Below, piece by piece: positions 56,052 to 64,000 of a stretch of 64,000 nucleotides of DNA. Source of the stretch: Lentisphaeria bacterium (GTDB taxonomy: Bacteria; Verrucomicrobiota; Lentisphaeria; Victivallales; UBA1829); NCBI GenBank assembly GCA_017963105.1, contig JAGCTY010000031.1, positions 794 through 64,793 on the forward strand. The letters run 5' to 3'. Numbering within the stretch: the stretch's first letter is position 1; each line of letters starts with the position of its first letter. The position numbers and the translations under genes were made by a program. The notes under the pieces were generated by a model, which was given only the letters and a program-made list of their open reading frames with translations, was not told where the DNA came from and did no database searches.

Positions 56052-57155
56052 TCACGCTTTCGGGGCGCGTTTTCCGCGGTCGAAGATGAAGAAGACCGAG
56101 CAGGACAGCGCCACGAGCAGGGTCACCATCGTGACCAGGATCGGGATCACGCCGCTCTCCGTGTCGGTGAACCCCATGGCGGTCATCATCTCGGCGCAGG
56201 CGATGTCGCGCGTACCGGTACCGCCGAACGAACCGGGGATCGCTGCGATCGTCTGGCTCACGTTCGAGATCATGAGGCACGGCAGGAAACCGCGGTGCGG
56301 CGCGCCCTCGAAGCCGTTGGCGATCAGCCACACGGGCATACTGAGGATCGGGAAGAAGATCAGCGTGGTTGCGGCAATCCAGCCGAGCAGGAGTTTCCAG
56401 TTCCGGCGGTACAGCGCCACGGCGTCCGCGGCGCGCTTGAACGTATCCTTCGTGATGCGGTCGGCGATGTCGAGGAAGAACTTGAAGAACTGCACCTTGT
56501 ACAGCAGGTCGCTGAAGAAGACGAAGATCACCACGCAGAGCAGCGCGCCGCACACCGCACACATCACCAGCAGGCCGTGCCGCGCCCCCTCCGGGAACTG
56601 CGCGATCGTGTCATGGCAGATCAGGCATGTCCCGAGCAGGGCGATCAGCAGCGCGCCCAGCCCGCACAGACGGTCCACGAAGATCGAAAACACCACGTTG
56701 AACTTGCCGCCGGGAGGCGTCCGCGTGGCGAGGATGCCCGCCTTCACCACGTCACCGCCCACCGAGCCGCCCGGCAGAAACTGAGAGAAGAACATCCCCT
56801 GCATCTGGAGACTGAACGCCTCGCGGAAAGAGCACTTCACGCCCGCGGCGCGCAGGAGCGTGAACCAGCGAACGGCGGTCAGGGAGAGCTGGGTGCAGAT
56901 GGCGAGGAACGCGGCGGCGATGCACCACGGATTCACGAGCTTGAAGTCCTGCCACTTGATGTCGCGCGTACAGACGATGTAGGTGAGGATGCCCGCGGAA
57001 ACGCCGAATTTGAGGAGGAATTTCAGCGTCTTTTTCCAGGCGGGTACGAGCGGCTTCTCCGTTTCCGCCGCGGGTGCGGTTTCAGAGGAGGAAACGGCCG
57101 CACCGTCCGTCTGTCCGTTTTGCGCCGCGTTGTTCAGAGATTCGGATTCGTTCAT
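56052..57155 (-). CDS. Lysylphosphatidylglycerol-synthase-TM / flippase-like membrane protein
   Basis: RWFTLL, FFSQFLPGGSVGGDVVK, DRLCG, IPGSFGG.G.R; start MNESES overlaps the trmL stop. Confidence 0.85.
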   Translation of the reverse strand: MNESESLNNAAQNGQTDGAAVSSSETAPAAETEKPLVPAWKKTLKFLLKFGVSAGILTYIVCTRDIKWQDFKLVNPWCIAAAFLAICTQLSLTAVRWFTLLRAAGVKCSFREAFSLQMQGMFFSQFLPGGSVGGDVVKAGILATRTPPGGKFNVVFSIFVDRLCGLGALLIALLGTCLICHDTIAQFPEGARHGLLVMCAVCGALLCVVIFVFFSDLLYKVQFFKFFLDIADRITKDTFKRAADAVALYRRNWKLLLGWIAATTLIFFPILSMPVWLIANGFEGAPHRGFLPCLMISNVSQTIAAIPGSFGGTGTRDIACAEMMTAMGFTDTESGVIPILVTMVTLLVALSCSVFFIFDRGKRAPKA

Positions 57156-57637
57156 GACAGCTTCCCCTTTCCCGGCAGGATCCGGCGCAGCCCCTCGTAC
57201 ACGGCGATGGCGGTCGAGTTGGCCAGGTTCAGGCTCCGGTTGAAGTTTCCCGGCATGGGGATCGTGTAGAACTGCGGCGCATACGTGTCGTGCAGGTATT
57301 GCGGCAGTCCCTTGCTCTCGCTGCCGAAGACGAGGAAGGAACCGCGTTCGAACGGGCAGTCCCAGTAGCACCGTTTCGCCTTGGTGGAGAAGAAATACAT
57401 CGGCGCTCCGGCGGCAGTCCGCAGCACGGAGTCGAAATCCTCGTGGATGATGCAGTCCACGTGCCGCCAGTAGTCCATCCCGGCGCGCTTCAGGTGCGCG
57501 TCGTCGAACGAAAACGAGATGGGTTTCACCAGGTGCAGGCGGCATTCCGTGCAGCAGGCGATGCGTCCGATGTTCCCCGTGTTCTGGGGGATTTCGGGCG
57601 CGTGCAGGACGATATGGAAGAGAGGATCGGAGGGCAT
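57152..57637 (-). CDS. trmL: tRNA (cytidine/uridine-2'-O)-methyltransferase TrmL
   Basis: PEIPQNTGNI.R, KRAGMDYW, FGSESKGLP, RSLNLANS. Confidence 0.95.
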   Translation of the reverse strand: MPSDPLFHIVLHAPEIPQNTGNIGRIACCTECRLHLVKPISFSFDDAHLKRAGMDYWRHVDCIIHEDFDSVLRTAAGAPMYFFSTKAKRCYWDCPFERGSFLVFGSESKGLPQYLHDTYAPQFYTIPMPGNFNRSLNLANSTAIAVYEGLRRILPGKGKLS

Positions 57638-57706
57638 GAAAGTAATAACACCAAAAAACGGAAAGGAATCGTTGAAATCAGCTTGGAACGGCCTCGCTTC
57701 GCGGGT

Positions 57707-58987
57707 TCAGTTGTTCAGGCGCAAGCGCGCCTCCACGTCGCCGTTCCGCGCCGCTTCGCGGTACAGCGCCAGCGCCTTTTCCAGGTCGACGTCGCAGCCG
57801 ACGCCGTTCTCGTAGCACACGGCCAGCTGGCGCTGTGCGGGGGCGTTACCTTTGGACGCGGCGCGGTTGAACCAGAAGAACGCGGACTTGTCGTCCTTCG
57901 CGATCGGACCGTCCTTTTGCAGGAAGAGCATCCCGAGTTCGTACTGGCAGTTCGCGTGTTCGAGCTGGGCGCCGCGGGAGAAGAGTTCCGCGGCGAGTTC
58001 AGGGTCCTTTTCGGCGCCGATGCCGTGAAGGTTCCAGACACCGAGGCGGTACAGCGCCTCCGGGCAGTCCTCGACGGCTGACTTCTTGATCCACACGAGC
58101 GCATCGTCCGTGCCTTTTCCCTCGACCTCGCCCGCGGCGATCATGTCGCCGTATTTGAGCATGGCGGCGGGCAGTCCGGCCTTCGCGGCGCGTTCGTAGC
58201 ACGCGAGCGCCTTTTTCGGATCGGCCTTCACGTTGATGCCGAATTCATAGCAGTAGCCCATGCGGGACAGCGCCTCCAGGTTGCCTTTCGCGACCGCCTT
58301 TTCCAGCGCCTCGATCATCTTTTTTCCGTCGGGAATGGTGCCGAATCCGGAGAAATAGCAGTCGGCCAGGACGCGCCAAGCGCGCGCGGGCGCGTCGGGG
58401 TCCTTCACGGCCCTGGAAACCAGCGCGAACGCCTCCTCGGCGTCCTTCGCGGACACGTCGTCCGGTCTGGCGATCAGGATGGCGGCGAGCTCGACCTGGG
58501 CGGGCAGATAGCCGCGTCCGGCGAGCGACCGGATCATCTTGCGCGCCTTTTCCGGGTCGCGGGCGGGGAGGTCGGCGTCCTTGAACTTGCCGCTCTCTTC
58601 GACGGTGCGGAATTCCACGCCGTTCAGCAGCACCATGGCGTAGTTGTATTCGGCGGGCTCGCAGTTCTTTTCGGCGGCCTTGCGGTAACATTCGGCGGCG
58701 GCCACGGGGTCGCGGTCCACGCCGAGGCCGCGTTCCAGGCAGACACCGTAGTTGAACATCGCCTCGGGGATCTCGTCGGACGCCTTGCGGAACCAGTGCG
58801 CGGCAAGCACGGGATTCGCTTTGCGCGTCTCCGTGCCGTAGAAATACTCGTTGCCGAGCGCGAACTCGGATTTCGGGTCGCCGAGCAGCGCCTTTTCGCG
58901 AAGCTCGTCCTCGGCGGAGGACATCCGGACGCAAAAAAGGGCGGCGCACCCGATCAGAAGAAAACAGATGTTTCCGCGTCCAGTCAC
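57707..58987 (-). CDS. Secreted Sel1-repeat protein
   Basis: Signal peptide followed by many Sel1 units (A..LG..Y..G.GV..D..KA..Y.KAA). Confidence 0.9.
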   Translation of the reverse strand: MTGRGNICFLLIGCAALFCVRMSSAEDELREKALLGDPKSEFALGNEYFYGTETRKANPVLAAHWFRKASDEIPEAMFNYGVCLERGLGVDRDPVAAAECYRKAAEKNCEPAEYNYAMVLLNGVEFRTVEESGKFKDADLPARDPEKARKMIRSLAGRGYLPAQVELAAILIARPDDVSAKDAEEAFALVSRAVKDPDAPARAWRVLADCYFSGFGTIPDGKKMIEALEKAVAKGNLEALSRMGYCYEFGINVKADPKKALACYERAAKAGLPAAMLKYGDMIAAGEVEGKGTDDALVWIKKSAVEDCPEALYRLGVWNLHGIGAEKDPELAAELFSRGAQLEHANCQYELGMLFLQKDGPIAKDDKSAFFWFNRAASKGNAPAQRQLAVCYENGVGCDVDLEKALALYREAARNGDVEARLRLNN

Positions 58988-59005
58988 GATGCACCGCCAG
59001 TGCGG

Positions 59006-62380
<3,375 letters not shown>

Positions 62381-62448
62381 GGATGGTCTTTCTGTGGTTC
62401 ATCCGCCCGTCCGTCCCCTCAAAAAAAGAACGGCGGGGCGGAGCGGAT

Positions 62449-63027
62449 TCAGGATTTGCTGCCGGGGACGTCGATGGGCTGTCCGGCGCGGCACATGGGG
62501 CACTCCTCCGCCGTGTAGGTCGGCAGGGAGAGCTTCAGCAGACTGAAGAACGGGATGCCGCCGAAGGAGGCTTTGCCGCCGCTGCGGTCCGTGATGACCG
62601 CCACCGCGACAGGATCGGCCCCGTGCGCGCGAACCAGGTCGATGGTCTGCTGGACGCGGCCGCCCTCGGTCACGACGTCCTCCGCCACGATGACCTTCTG
62701 CCCGGGTTCGAGACGGAAGCCGCGCTTCAGGACGAGCTGGTCGTTCTCCTTGTCGGCGAAGATGGATTCGATGTGGAGGGCGCGGGCGATCTCCTGCCCG
62801 ACGAAAAGGCCGCCGACCGCCGGCGAGATCACGACGGATGCGTCGATCCCGGCGGCTTTGATGCGGGCGGCGAGTTCCTTGCAGAGCTCTTCCCCGACCC
62901 ACGGCTTCTTGAAAACGAGCGCGGCCTGGAAGAAACGGTTGCTGTGCTTCTTGCTGCGGAGCTGGAAATGTCCGGTCAGCAGTGCGCCGGCGGACTCGAA
63001 TGCGGCGATGATTTCCTGGTCTGTCAT
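62449..63027 (-). CDS. pyrE: Orotate phosphoribosyltransferase
   Basis: GHFQLRS..HS; PRPP-binding motif VAEDVVTEGG. Confidence 0.92.
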   Translation of the reverse strand: MTDQEIIAAFESAGALLTGHFQLRSKKHSNRFFQAALVFKKPWVGEELCKELAARIKAAGIDASVVISPAVGGLFVGQEIARALHIESIFADKENDQLVLKRGFRLEPGQKVIVAEDVVTEGGRVQQTIDLVRAHGADPVAVAVITDRSGGKASFGGIPFFSLLKLSLPTYTAEECPMCRAGQPIDVPGSKS

Positions 63028-63054
63028 GATGCGATGTACCCTTTTTTTCGGTGA

Positions 63055-63447
63055 TTAACGGAACGTGTCGGGCGAGGACGGCTGGATCCAGAGATGGAAG
63101 TCGATGGACTTGCCGCCCACACGGAGCGTGAGCATGGTGTTCAGGCGGGTCAGCAGCAGGGCGTAGGGGACCTTCACGCTGCCGCCGGGGACGTTGACGG
63201 AGACGCAGCAGTCGCCGAGGATGGGTTCGGCCTCGCGGACGACCTCGATCAGCTTCTGGAGCTTGCCGAACTTCGTGCGGAGTTCATGATCGAACACATA
63301 GGGCTTGTGGCACTTGGGGCACAGCACCTGGATATTGCTTTCGGAGCAGTCCTGCAGGCTGAACTGCACGACGCCGTCGCAGCCTTCTTCGGCGCAAATA
63401 AAATCGACCTTTGCCTGGCCGTTCTTACTGGTTTTGTCTTCCGGCAT
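63055..63447 (-). CDS. Hypothetical Zn-binding protein
   Basis: C...C and CPKC motifs; host-like codon usage. Confidence 0.75.
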   Translation of the reverse strand: MPEDKTSKNGQAKVDFICAEEGCDGVVQFSLQDCSESNIQVLCPKCHKPYVFDHELRTKFGKLQKLIEVVREAEPILGDCCVSVNVPGGSVKVPYALLLTRLNTMLTLRVGGKSIDFHLWIQPSSPDTFR

Positions 63448-63566
63448 TTTGGATTCCTTGCGGTTGATTCGTGTGGGGGATTAAAAGTCTTATCTTATAA
63501 TATAGCACGCTTTTCTCATTTATGAAAGCCATTTTTTAGAAAAAGGTGCATTTTTTAAAGCAAACA

Positions 63567-63596
63567 GCCGTGCCCGGAACGAATACCGGACACGGC
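63567..63596. terminator. Hairpin, probable terminator
   Basis: GCCGTGCCCGG/CCGGACACGGC stem downstream of the last ORF. Confidence 0.55.
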
Positions 63597-63618
63597 ATTT
63601 TCAAGAGAGGACACCGGT

Positions 63619-64000
63619 TTATTTCTTCATCACGCGAATCTTGGTGAGCTGAGGAGACGCTTTGCCGTTCGCGCCGGAGAACACAAGCTTCGCCGTGCCG
63701 TCCGCGGCGATGGCATCCGCGTGGATCAGGACCGTTTTCTCGACGCTCTGTCCGCGTTCGGTGTTCACGTCCTCGGAGAATAATTCCTTGCCGCCGCAGA
63801 CGATCTTCAGCGCGGAATTGCGGCCGGACATCTCCACGGTCAGCTCCAGCGGCTCGCCGGACGGCAGGTTCGACACGGTGTACTCGAACGAGGTCCCGGC
63901 AGGCGCGAAACGGAACCTGCGGCCGTCCATTCCGGCGCGCGCCTGCGTGTTTCCGATCACGACCTTATGGTCGATCTCGGACTGCTGGTAGCCCGGGTTG
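63619..64000 (-). CDS. C-terminus of a gene that starts beyond the window; resembles the C-terminal beta-domain of GH127/GH146-type glycosidases
   Basis: PGYQQSEIDH...GRRFR.A..G.SFEY pattern; frame is open to the window edge. Confidence 0.45.
   Translation of the reverse strand, partial: NPGYQQSEIDHKVVIGNTQARAGMDGRRFRFAPAGTSFEYTVSNLPSGEPLELTVEMSGRNSALKIVCGGKELFSEDVNTERGQSVEKTVLIHADAIAADGTAKLVFSGANGKASPQLTKIRVMKK

Overview
GC-rich bacterial chromosome segment. Gene content suggests a PVC-superphylum organism, probably Lentisphaeria (inference from rnhC, the long SecA and an Amuc_1099-like gene). The housekeeping backbone includes sppA, ftsW-murG, rnhC, fba, a TRAP transporter, a metF-like gene, xseB-mutS, a plsY-gpsA fusion, an M24 peptidase, a PP2C phosphatase, trmL, secA and pyrE. 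The main accessory feature is a ~16 kb co-oriented array (38.0-53.9 kb) of exported or membrane protein genes. Its genes are separated by seven copies of a conserved, non-palindromic 39-bp repeat (CCTCACCATCCCCAGCCGACTAACCCCGACACCACGGAG). The repeat supplies the RBS and, in five copies, continues into a shared signal-peptide start (MKYKTVSTIAAILC). The cassettes differ in base composition and reuse the same domains in different combinations, and no recombinase is visible in the window. This looks like an integron-like, repeat-delimited cassette or domain-shuffling system. Other points of interest: an isolated, intact three-gene Mu-like module (gp27-like, portal, gp37-like) with no terminase or capsid; a Fic mini-island flanked by a duplication of the PP2C gene 3' end; three tandem pilin-like paralogs; and an OleB/haloalkane-dehalogenase-like protein lacking its catalytic residues. 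All family assignments come from motif recognition by eye; no searches were run.
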